A stretch of DNA of 43,266 nt from a virus (lineage: Duplodnaviria > Caudoviricetes). The stretch spans positions 1-43,266 of the IMG/VR virus record IMGVR_UViG_3300044806_000297; one strand, 5' to 3'. Below are positions 1-7,294 of the stretch, in pieces (position 1 is the stretch's first letter; each line of letters begins with the position of its first letter). The notes beneath the pieces were generated by a model that was given only the letters and a program-made list of their open reading frames with translations, had not been told where the DNA came from and searched no databases. The translations under genes and the position numbers were made by a program.

Positions 1-1
1 T

Positions 2-199
2 ATTAAAGCTTATTATTATAGAAAAGTTACTAAGAAGTTAAATAAACCCACTACTAAAAGGTGTCCTTATTGTGGAAATGATAAATTAGCTAACATACGT
101 TCACAAAATAAAAAGATATGTTATGACTGCTGCTTTATTAAAGGTAGTAGAACTGAAATTAATTGGGAATTGGAAAAAGGGCAAAAGAGATTATTATGA
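2..199 (+). CDS. 5'-truncated small zinc-ribbon protein
   Basis: Open frame from window start reading ...KRCPYCGNDK...KICYDCC...; its stop overlaps the next ATG (ATGA). Not in the ORF track. Confidence 0.6.
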   Translation: MKAYYYRKVTKKLNKPTTKRCPYCGNDKLANIRSQNKKICYDCCFIKGSRTEINWELEKGQKRLL

Positions 200-495
200 G
201 TCAAATAGTAATAGAGATAGATGAAAATAACAATAACCAAAATTCAGAAGATATTTTTGGTTTACATTCACAAGAATTTGATAACTCAGGAGAAAGAATA
301 CTTAGTTATCGCTTAGGGGATATGAATACACACATGATACTAGGCGAACTAACTAACGGTGATAAAGTATTACGAATGTCTTATAAACAAAAAGATTCTT
401 TTTGTTTAAATTTCTCTAATGATGAATCTTTGCAAAATTTTGCAGAAGCTGTTAATGTTTTACTAAATCATAAACAAAAAGAAGATGATAATTAA
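196..495 (+). CDS. hypothetical protein
   Basis: Track ORF 163-495; ATG at 196 overlapping the upstream stop is the likelier start. Confidence 0.65.
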   Translation: MSQIVIEIDENNNNQNSEDIFGLHSQEFDNSGERILSYRLGDMNTHMILGELTNGDKVLRMSYKQKDSFCLNFSNDESLQNFAEAVNVLLNHKQKEDDN

Positions 496-700
496 TAATA
501 TTGTAATTAATAACATTAAAACTCTTTCAGGAAGAATAGTAGAAACCTATTCAGGAAAAATTTTAAAAATCAAACAAGAAGGAGGTGAAATTGAGGAAAC
601 AACATTAAACGATGAATCAGAAGAGTATTGTAATAATCTTTTAAAAGCAATAGATGCTGAACTAAACCCAACACAATATGGATTAAAAAGAAATGTTTAA
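485..700 (+). CDS. hypothetical protein
   Basis: Track ORF packed between neighbours. Confidence 0.6.
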   Translation: MIINNIVINNIKTLSGRIVETYSGKILKIKQEGGEIEETTLNDESEEYCNNLLKAIDAELNPTQYGLKRNV

Positions 701-839
701 ATATTTACTATTAATAATCGGTGCTTGTAATATAGCTATTTCCTTATTAGGGGACTTTAACCTACTATCTGCTGGTTGTTTAGCTGGCGGAATAACTTTA
801 CTGGGCTTATTCCATATTGAGGTTAAAGATGGTAACTAA
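693..839 (+). CDS. small membrane protein (48 aa, two hydrophobic segments)
   Basis: MFKYLLLIIGACNIAISLLGDFNLLSAGCLAGGITLLGLFHIEVKDGN; fills the gap and overlaps both neighbours. Confidence 0.55.
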   Translation: MFKYLLLIIGACNIAISLLGDFNLLSAGCLAGGITLLGLFHIEVKDGN

Positions 840-1710
840 TTTCACACCTCAAAAAGTTCTCCACCTTAAGGATGAACTTAAAAAGAAAAATCCAAAACTA
901 TTTGGTAGTTATATGTTAACTCCTAAATTAGATGGCTGGTATGTCTATATGGAATACAACCCTCTTTATGGTTGGGGCAATCCTAAATCAAGTAGAAGCA
1001 GAGTAATTCCTGCTTTAACACACCTTAAAGTAGAAGCAGATTTAATATTACCTAAGCCGCAAAACTATTCAATATTAATAGGAGAAGCAATAATCCCTGA
1101 TACACCATTTCATATTACAAATGGTTTGTTAAATAGAAGTATTGGAGATTGTCAAGCATTAGATGTTGAATTCCATGCACATGATTTATTAGTAGCGGGT
1201 ATTAAAGATGATGTAGCACTTAATCGTTATAATCTTCTGAAAGAATTCATTCCAGAAAATTCAAAATTCTTTAAAAGGATTGAATTATTACTAGTTAGTG
1301 ACTATAAGGAAAAACTATGGTATAATACATTTGAAAATTTAGTAGAAAATGGGGAAGAAGGCTTAATAGCAAAACGATCAGACTCATTCTATTCTCAAGG
1401 AAAAAGAAATAGTGATATTTTGAAACTTAAATTAGAGAATACTTTTGACTGTCTAGCAGTTAGACTCGAAGAAAGTATTGGTGAAAAAGGTCAAGATGCT
1501 TTAACATTAATAAGTAAAAGAGCTAATGGAACAGAAGTTAGAACAGTTATTAGTAAGCATAAGGATAAGGAGTTATTTAGAAAAGATACTAGCAGTATTA
1601 TCGGAAAAATAGTAGAAATTAAATGTATGGAAGAACTGGAAGACGGGCAATTAAGGCAACCAGTTTTTAAAACAATTCGTGAAGACAAACATATTACCGA
1701 CATTAACTAG
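829..1710 (+). CDS. lig: ATP-dependent DNA ligase
   Basis: Motif I PKLDG, motif III GEA, IIIa FHAHDLL, IV EGLIAK, V LKLK, C-terminal OB fold LRQPVFKTIREDK. Confidence 0.93.
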   Translation: MVTNFTPQKVLHLKDELKKKNPKLFGSYMLTPKLDGWYVYMEYNPLYGWGNPKSSRSRVIPALTHLKVEADLILPKPQNYSILIGEAIIPDTPFHITNGLLNRSIGDCQALDVEFHAHDLLVAGIKDDVALNRYNLLKEFIPENSKFFKRIELLLVSDYKEKLWYNTFENLVENGEEGLIAKRSDSFYSQGKRNSDILKLKLENTFDCLAVRLEESIGEKGQDALTLISKRANGTEVRTVISKHKDKELFRKDTSSIIGKIVEIKCMEELEDGQLRQPVFKTIREDKHITDIN

Positions 1711-1720
1711 GAAATAAGAA

Positions 1721-2293
1721 ATGATTTTAGTATTAGACACCGAGACAACAGGCTTAAAAGCAACAGACCAAGTAATTGAACTCTATTATCATGCAATTGA
1801 TAACAATTTTATAACAATTCCAGAACTTCAATTTCATAAACGCTACAAGCCAAGCGTACAAATAGATATTAATGCTTTTAAAGTACATAATATTGGTATG
1901 AAAGACCTATTAAAAGAGGAGAAAAGTAATACAGTAACTATTCCAGAAGAAACCCAATATATTATTGGTGCTAATATTTCTTTTGATATCCGTTTATTAC
2001 AACAAAGTAATAAAGAATTAAATCTTGGGAACGTTAAATTAATTTGTATTCAGGAATTAGCTAGAATTATTAACAAAATTAATCCTGAAACCTACCCTAA
2101 TGTTAAACTAGCAACTTTATACAAACATTATTATCCAACCTGTGAACTCAATGAAAGACAATTCCATAGTGCAAAAGAGGATGTTATAAAGACTCTGGCA
2201 GTTTTATTAAACATGCTTCAACTATTTCCTAATGTTAAAACAGTCCCAGAACTATATGATTTTCTGCAAACAATGAAAAAGGTGAAGAAATGA
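1721..2293 (+). CDS. DEDDh 3'-5' exonuclease (DnaQ/ExoX-like)
   Basis: ExoI LDTETTG, ExoII GANISFD, ExoIII HSAKEDV; RBS AGGAAA. Confidence 0.9.
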   Translation: MILVLDTETTGLKATDQVIELYYHAIDNNFITIPELQFHKRYKPSVQIDINAFKVHNIGMKDLLKEEKSNTVTIPEETQYIIGANISFDIRLLQQSNKELNLGNVKLICIQELARIINKINPETYPNVKLATLYKHYYPTCELNERQFHSAKEDVIKTLAVLLNMLQLFPNVKTVPELYDFLQTMKKVKK

Positions 2294-2430
2294 CAAACTT
2301 CCTATTATATATATTAGTGTTTTTAATTTTTATTCTTGTTTTATCAGAAGGACAAAGGAATAATCCTTGTCACCGATTAGCAAGTCACCCAGAGCAATGC
2401 AATAGTGATAACCATCCAAGGAGATTTTAA
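2290..2430 (+). CDS. small membrane-anchored protein (46 aa)
   Basis: ATGA overlap with the exonuclease stop; MTNFLLYILVFLIFILVLSEGQRNNPC... Confidence 0.5.
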   Translation: MTNFLLYILVFLIFILVLSEGQRNNPCHRLASHPEQCNSDNHPRRF

Positions 2431-2431
2431 T

Positions 2432-2743
2432 ATGAGCTTAACAGCAACCAAAGAAGTTTTAGATCAAGGTATTTCTTATAAACAAGAAAATAATTCCAAA
2501 AACAAAGGAGGTTCTACAAGTTATTATGATATTCCTAAAGGAGCTAAAACCCTTAACGACCTAATCGAATATAAGAATATGTCTCCTAATCTTCATGAAA
2601 TCTTTAAAGCTACTTATGCAATTGATGAAAGAGCAAAAAGAAATATAGAAGGGCAAGATAGATTACGTGAACTTAATAAAATCAAATACTATTGTGAAAG
2701 AGAAATAGCTATTGAATTAAGGAAACAAAATGAAAAAGCCTAG
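2432..2743 (+). CDS. DUF3310-like protein (T7 gp1.7-related)
   Basis: GGSTSYYD...LNDLIEYKNM...IFKATY...RELNKIKYYCEREI pattern; RBS AAGGAG upstream of ATG 2432. Confidence 0.65.
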   Translation: MSLTATKEVLDQGISYKQENNSKNKGGSTSYYDIPKGAKTLNDLIEYKNMSPNLHEIFKATYAIDERAKRNIEGQDRLRELNKIKYYCEREIAIELRKQNEKA

Positions 2744-2882
2744 CTATTTCTTACTTGGAGCTTGTTTTCCATTCTTCTGGATATTAATGGGAGGACTATT
2801 CTTAATAATATGCTTATTATTATTTTGTAAAGAACAAGTTGATAGAGTGTATGATTATTTATATAAGGATTTTATAATATGA
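2730..2882 (+). CDS. small membrane protein (50 aa)
   Basis: MKKPSYFLLGACFPFFWILMGGLFLIICLLLFC...; stop overlaps the next ATG. Confidence 0.5.
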   Translation: MKKPSYFLLGACFPFFWILMGGLFLIICLLLFCKEQVDRVYDYLYKDFII

Positions 2883-3514
2883 ATAAAATAGATCAAAAGA
2901 TAGTTGGCTACAAGATTGTTAAAAAAGAGGAAAATTCAAAATCAGAAATTGAGATAGACTCTGAAATCGACGACAGTAGTCTTAGTAGTGTTACCTACAA
3001 ATTCAAAGTAGAAGATGATTCTTACTATGTCCATCTAACTTCTGCAAATAATAAACCTTATTCTATTTTTATTAATAGTAAATGTGTTGAACATCTTGAA
3101 GCTATAGGCGCTATAACAACATTAGTCTCCTTATTGTTCCAATATAATGCACCTTATGATAAGATTGCAAAAGCACTTGATAAAATGATAAGTTCTGGTA
3201 AACAAGCTTATTGGGGAAAGAATTATGAACATCCTAATAAAAAGCGAAACTACCACAGTATTTACCAAGAAATAGCAGAAATAGTTAGGCATTTTATTAG
3301 AAATCTTAATAAAGATGAAAGTAATTTGAATCCTAAATTTGAAGAACTTCCTGTTTATGAGGAGCAATTAGTAGAAGTTGCTTTAGAGAAAGCAAAAACA
3401 GAAAATATAACTATCTATACACATGTTTGCTCTAGTTGTGGAGAAAAGAAAGCGATATTAATGGACGGTTGTATTACTTGTGTAGGTGGCTGCGGTTTTA
3501 GTAAATGCGGATAA
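2879..3514 (+). CDS. nrdJb: class II (B12-dependent) ribonucleotide reductase NrdJb-like subunit (TSCPD domain + C-terminal Zn ribbon)
   Basis: N-terminus KIDQKIVGY resembles proteobacterial NrdJb; PYSIFINSK; C-terminus CSSCGEKKAILMDGCITCVGGCGFSKCG. Confidence 0.8.
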   Translation: MNKIDQKIVGYKIVKKEENSKSEIEIDSEIDDSSLSSVTYKFKVEDDSYYVHLTSANNKPYSIFINSKCVEHLEAIGAITTLVSLLFQYNAPYDKIAKALDKMISSGKQAYWGKNYEHPNKKRNYHSIYQEIAEIVRHFIRNLNKDESNLNPKFEELPVYEEQLVEVALEKAKTENITIYTHVCSSCGEKKAILMDGCITCVGGCGFSKCG

Positions 3515-3526
3515 TAGGAAAATAAA

Positions 3527-4240
3527 ATGGAAAATACAATAAAAGTATTAGATCACGGTTTTGTTAAACTACTTAATATTTCCTCACCTGTTAATAGAGA
3601 ATTAACAGAAGAAAATCCTTTTTCAGCTAGAGATATTGATCCAGCTAAATGTGCTAGAATTTCATTTAATAATTTTGAACAGGAAAGAGAAGAAAATTTA
3701 GATTTAAAACTTGTTAAATACTTAATAGAAAATCAACACTGGACTCCTATTGAAATGACAGAAGTTTGGGTAGAAATGAAACTTCCTATTTTTGTTGCAC
3801 GCCAATTTGTAAGGCATAGAACAGCTTGTATTAATGAAGTATCTGGAAGATATGTAACATTACCAAAAGAATTTTATATTCCAAACATAGTAGGAGGAAA
3901 AGCAACTAATAATAAACAAGGACAAACAGATAATTTAAATTATGAAACACAAAGATGGTTTCAAGAAACATTAGAATTTAATTGTGAAAATAGTTACAGA
4001 GACTATGAAGAAGCTATTTTTCAAGGAGTAGCGCCTGAACATGCAAGACTATTATTACATCTTAATCATTATACGCATTGGATATGGAAACAAGATTTAA
4101 GAAATTTAATCTCATTTTTAAATCTTAGATTACATTCCCATGCACAAATAGAAGCTAGAGAATATGCCCAAGCAATTTTAAATCTAGTTTCTAAACAATT
4201 ACCAAAAACATTTGAAATTCTAAATACAATTAAGGGATAA
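3527..4240 (+). CDS. thyX: FAD-dependent thymidylate synthase
   Basis: VLDHGFVKL, ARISF, HWTPIE, ThyX motif RHRTACINEVSGRY, LRLHSHAQIEAR. Confidence 0.95.
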   Translation: MENTIKVLDHGFVKLLNISSPVNRELTEENPFSARDIDPAKCARISFNNFEQEREENLDLKLVKYLIENQHWTPIEMTEVWVEMKLPIFVARQFVRHRTACINEVSGRYVTLPKEFYIPNIVGGKATNNKQGQTDNLNYETQRWFQETLEFNCENSYRDYEEAIFQGVAPEHARLLLHLNHYTHWIWKQDLRNLISFLNLRLHSHAQIEAREYAQAILNLVSKQLPKTFEILNTIKG

Positions 4241-4242
4241 TT

Positions 4243-4995
4243 ATGAAACTAAAACTATTTTCAATTTTAATTTTAAACCTAATTTTAATTCCAAATTCAA
4301 AAGCAGATTTAATAAATCCAAATGCAAAATGTAAATTTAATCAAAACTCCCTAAATAATCATGGGACATTCTATAATTGTAAAATTACAAAAATCGCTAA
4401 AGGAGCTGATTTATCAAACTCAACTTTTGTAGATTCTGATATAACCTTAACAAATGCAAATAATATAAATTTTTTCAACACAACTTGGAAAGGTTATTGT
4501 AATATTCGTTTATATGGTGAATCTTCTAATATCTATTTTGGTAAAAATATTTTTCTTAGTACGTTTATCTTTATTAATACGACAAGTAAGTATAATCTAA
4601 ATGCAGCAAAACTTTATACACCTTATGGAGTTAGTTTTGAACAAAGTATTTTTAAAGGTGCTGATGTTTCGGCAATAGATTTAAAAAGTTCTAACTTTAA
4701 TTACTCAAACTTCTATAATGGTGTTGTTAGAATAAGAAATACAGGAATATTATCTTGGACTTTTTCTACATTAAGAAATACTACAATGTATGAAGGAGGA
4801 ATTTACTCAAAGTTTCCGGCTGGAGGAACAAATTACTTCTTTGGGACAAAACTTATTAATACTGATTGGACAGGAACAGAAGTTACTGCAATAAAAGAAA
4901 GCCAATTTAATAAGATTCAAGAAATTTATATGGAACAAACTTATAAAATGGTAAATGGAAAAAAGGTTTTTGTTAAATGGAAAAATAAAAACTAA
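4243..4995 (+). CDS. signal-peptide-bearing protein with pentapeptide-repeat-like segments
   Basis: MKLKLFSILILNLILIPNSKA-D leader; ADLSNSTF, INFFNTTW, SIFKGADVSAIDLKSSNFNYSNF, TKLINTDWTG. Confidence 0.6.
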   Translation: MKLKLFSILILNLILIPNSKADLINPNAKCKFNQNSLNNHGTFYNCKITKIAKGADLSNSTFVDSDITLTNANNINFFNTTWKGYCNIRLYGESSNIYFGKNIFLSTFIFINTTSKYNLNAAKLYTPYGVSFEQSIFKGADVSAIDLKSSNFNYSNFYNGVVRIRNTGILSWTFSTLRNTTMYEGGIYSKFPAGGTNYFFGTKLINTDWTGTEVTAIKESQFNKIQEIYMEQTYKMVNGKKVFVKWKNKN

Positions 4996-5018
4996 CTTCA
5001 AAAAAAACTCAAAAAATT

Positions 5019-5142
5019 CCCAGCGACCTACTCCACATAACAAACTATTATTGAAATAGTTAATAAAACCCACCAACAAACTCTCCTGGCGACCTACCTC
5101 CTATAAGGAACTATTAACACTCCCACAAGTTATTAGTTCCTT
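5019..5142. repeat. two imperfect ~32-bp direct repeats (period 66) each leading into a hairpin
   Basis: cccagcgacctactccacataacaaactatta (5019) vs cctggcgacctacctcctataaggaactatta (5085); stems 5043-5049/5055-5061 and 5105-5118/5129-5142. Confidence 0.6.
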
Positions 5143-5174
5143 CCTCTTTCCAACCAACCAATAACTATTTAAAA

Positions 5175-5191
5175 TTGGCACAAAACTTGCA
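5175..5191 (+). promoter_or_regulatory. sigma54 (RpoN) -24/-12 promoter #1
   Basis: TTGGCACAAAACTTGCA is an exact TGGCAC-N5-TTGCW match with GG-N10-GC spacing, in intergenic DNA. Confidence 0.7.
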
Positions 5192-5251
5192 TAACCACAT
5201 AAAAATCCCTATATATAAGGAGTAATTAACCAATAACCCAAACAATAACAA

Positions 5252-5264
5252 TATCAATAACTTA
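5252..5264 (+). promoter_or_regulatory. IHF binding site
   Basis: TATCAATAACTTA matches WATCAANNNNTTR, with an A-rich 5' flank. Confidence 0.65.
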
Positions 5265-5272
5265 CAATTCTT

Positions 5273-5289
5273 TGTCCATATTCTTTACA
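5273..5289. promoter_or_regulatory. enhancer-like box TGT-N11-ACA, copy 1
   Basis: ttgtccatattctttacaactccc; near-duplicate at 5427. Confidence 0.5.
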
Positions 5290-5346
5290 ACTCCCAATTA
5301 ACCTAACTTATTAATTCTTAACACCAATTAAGCCAAAAACAAAGAT

Positions 5347-5364
5347 TGTAAAGCACCTTTTACA
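5347..5364. promoter_or_regulatory. palindromic operator TGTAAA-N6-TTTACA (TyrR/PhhR-box consensus)
   Basis: TGTAAA gcacct TTTACA, extended by a flanking T/A pair. Confidence 0.5.
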
Positions 5365-5393
5365 AAATTCCTTTACACTTCAATAACTATTAA

Positions 5394-5406
5394 AATCAAC
5401 AACTTA
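5394..5406 (+). promoter_or_regulatory. IHF binding site
   Basis: AATCAACAACTTA matches WATCAANNNNTTR. Confidence 0.65.
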
Positions 5407-5426
5407 TCAAAATACAGCTTTTAAGT

Positions 5427-5443
5427 TGTCCGATTTTCTTACA
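5427..5443. promoter_or_regulatory. enhancer-like box TGT-N11-ACA, copy 2
   Basis: ttgtccgattttcttacaattccc, about 120 bp upstream of sigma54 promoter #2. Confidence 0.5.
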
Positions 5444-5519
5444 ATTCCCTACCATTAAACAACGTAAAACCATTCTTAATAACTATTATTAACAATTTTT
5501 CTATTATTAATAACTATTA

Positions 5520-5532
5520 AAACAATCACTTG
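5520..5532 (+). promoter_or_regulatory. IHF-like site (1 mismatch) between the enhancer boxes and promoter #2
   Basis: AAACAATCACTTG vs WATCAANNNNTTR. Confidence 0.45.
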
Positions 5533-5540
5533 CAAATAAT

Positions 5541-5558
5541 ATTCACAAACTTGTGAAT
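5541..5558. promoter_or_regulatory. perfect palindromic operator abutting the -24 element
   Basis: ATTCACAA-AC-TTGTGAAT. Confidence 0.55.
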
Positions 5559-5559
5559 G

Positions 5560-5576
5560 TTGGCACAATGTCTGCA
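5560..5576 (+). promoter_or_regulatory. sigma54 (RpoN) -24/-12 promoter #2
   Basis: TTGGCACAATGTCTGCA with GG-N10-GC spacing; one mismatch in the -12 box. Confidence 0.65.
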
Positions 5577-5649
5577 TTATTATTATCGTAACAACGAATA
5601 ACTAGCTACAAAGATTCAAAACTTTTTTACTAATAACTAATAAAAAAGA

Positions 5650-5677
5650 TTGACAAACAAAAAATAGCTAGTATAAT
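5650..5677 (+). promoter_or_regulatory. consensus sigma70 early promoter
   Basis: TTGACA-16 nt-TATAAT with an A-tract UP-like element upstream. Confidence 0.8.
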
Positions 5678-5756
5678 AGTTACCAAGTTAGACAGAAACA
5701 ACAAACTAACTTTAAATAAGTAGTTTTAATTATTAATCACTAACAAAGGCGATAAA

Positions 5757-5936
5757 ATGTATAAAAATTATATAGAATTAACTATCTTCTTTTCTTTAGT
5801 AGATTTAACAGAAGTTACGTTAATAAATGGTACTGTTAAAAAGATTGAAGAACTACAAGCACATGATAAATTTGTAGTAGATGAAACAACTTTTGTTGTG
5901 GTTTCATCTTTTAATGCACTTTTTATCTGTCATTGA
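5757..5936 (+). CDS. hypothetical early protein (59 aa)
   Basis: MYKNYIELTIFFSLVDLTEV...; AAAGG upstream; first ORF after the promoters; below the track cutoff. Confidence 0.55.
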   Translation: MYKNYIELTIFFSLVDLTEVTLINGTVKKIEELQAHDKFVVDETTFVVVSSFNALFICH

Positions 5937-6034
5937 AGATAAGTAAATGTTAACCTTAACAACATTAACTAATAATGTTGTTATGGGTAACTAATTACCA
6001 AAAAATCAATCTATATCTAACTAGGAGAATTATT

Positions 6035-6352
6035 ATGTCCACTGAATCATTAATCGCCAGACACATGAAAAAGAAGTTGATCGCAGCAATAGTAAAATAT
6101 CAAAGAGATTATGACTTAACCGCTGCTCAAATAGCTAAACAGGTTAATAATGAGCTAGATACTTTTTTAGAACCCACAACAAAAATGTATGTTAGTACAA
6201 GAAAAATTACTAAAATAATTGATATGTACGAGGGCAAATATGAAGATAGTACCTATACTATGCACGATTTTTTACAGGATACATCTATAGAGGAACTTCT
6301 TAATATAGTATGTTCAATAAAACAGATAGCTATTAAAATCGATGTAATTTAA
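6035..6352 (+). CDS. putative XRE/HigA2-like helix-turn-helix protein
   Basis: RBS AGGAGA before ATG 6035; KKKLIAAIVKYQRDYDLTAAQIAK...VSTRKITKI...SIEELLNIV. Confidence 0.5.
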   Translation: MSTESLIARHMKKKLIAAIVKYQRDYDLTAAQIAKQVNNELDTFLEPTTKMYVSTRKITKIIDMYEGKYEDSTYTMHDFLQDTSIEELLNIVCSIKQIAIKIDVI

Positions 6353-6357
6353 CTATC

Positions 6358-6414
6358 TGGGCAATAGTTTTAACTATTGCCCAATATTAAAAAGCATTTA
6401 TTAAGTGCTTTTTA
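6358..6414 (+). terminator. tandem hairpins (processing site and/or terminator)
   Basis: TGGGCAATAGTT-tt-AACTATTGCCCA followed by TAAAAAGCATTT-att-AAGTGCTTTTTA. Confidence 0.55.
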
Positions 6415-6445
6415 CTATTAACATTAACTAAAAGGAAAAAATACT

Positions 6446-6781
6446 ATGAAAACTTTATTAATACTTGCTGCTGTTCTTTTTTCATCTTCTACTATTGCCG
6501 CCGTTGATTTATCCGGTACAGGTATACCTAGCCCCACTAACACAGGATATCATTTCACAGCTAAAATCGCCGTAAAGAATGTTGTAACTGGTAAAATCGA
6601 AGTAGTAAAGGATGCTACTAGCTGCGCTTCCCTTGCTGAAGAATACAAACAAGCTATTAAGCTTGTAAATACGAAGGCAGGAAACACAGACGTTAAAGTT
6701 AAAACTTCATGCGCTGCTAACAAAACCGGTAAACCAATTGGCTGGAAGATAACTGTCCCAGCCGGTGTTTTTAACTCTTAA
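6446..6781 (+). CDS. small exported protein with a signal peptide and one Cys pair
   Basis: MKTLLILAAVLFSSSTIA-A leader; RBS AAAGGA. Confidence 0.7.
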   Translation: MKTLLILAAVLFSSSTIAAVDLSGTGIPSPTNTGYHFTAKIAVKNVVTGKIEVVKDATSCASLAEEYKQAIKLVNTKAGNTDVKVKTSCAANKTGKPIGWKITVPAGVFNS

Positions 6782-6794
6782 TAAAGAGAATATC

Positions 6795-7028
6795 ATGCCA
6801 TTACCAAGTGAAAAATTAAAAAGTAAGTTGTTGTTAGAAATTGAGCAATACGTAACTGCCAATAATACTAATTACTTTCAAGTTGCAGGTAAAATTAATA
6901 TACATTATGGTAAAGATGTTGCTAATAAGACACTATTTAAGCAACAAATTACGGGGCAAGTTGCTATATCATTAAGTAAAACTATAGATTATTGGTTGGC
7001 ACTGTTTCCGCATGATTTAGGTATATAG
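6795..7028 (+). CDS. putative XRE-like HTH protein, possible paralog of 6035-6352
   Basis: LKSKLLLEIEQYVTANNTNYFQVAGKIN...ISLSKTIDY. Confidence 0.45.
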   Translation: MPLPSEKLKSKLLLEIEQYVTANNTNYFQVAGKINIHYGKDVANKTLFKQQITGQVAISLSKTIDYWLALFPHDLGI

Positions 7029-7030
7029 TT

Positions 7031-7234
7031 ATGCAAAACCTACCAACTTGGAGCACTGAACATTTTTTTAACTATAATTCTAACAATGGAGGTAAAACAA
7101 TAAGTATTAATATTAATAATACTATTAACTACTTAACAAAAAAACAATTCTTACGGTTAACCTGTACTTTTTCTTTATCCGGTAGTGATCGGGTTTATAA
7201 AATTACAGGTAATGAAGTGAAAACTCTTATCTAA
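7031..7234 (+). CDS. hypothetical protein
   Basis: Track ORF in the operon. Confidence 0.55.
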   Translation: MQNLPTWSTEHFFNYNSNNGGKTISININNTINYLTKKQFLRLTCTFSLSGSDRVYKITGNEVKTLI

Positions 7235-7294
7235 CAAATATTGTTAGATATTCAAACTAAACTAAATTAATATTAATATTAAAGGTATATTATC

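Noticed and set aside
1491-5079. Antisense track ORFs 1491-1703, 3131-3367, 4807-5079
   Set aside because: Shadows of the ligase, NrdJb and exported-protein genes; no recognisable motifs
5019-5142. Mini-CRISPR array (repeat ~32 bp, period 66)
   Set aside because: Only two copies at about 24/32 identity, hairpins extend into the would-be spacer, and no cas genes
6996-7012. Third sigma54-like string TTGGCACTGTTTCCGCA
   Set aside because: GG-N10-GC spacing is right but the -12 box is poor, it lies in coding sequence, and no IHF or enhancer context was seen
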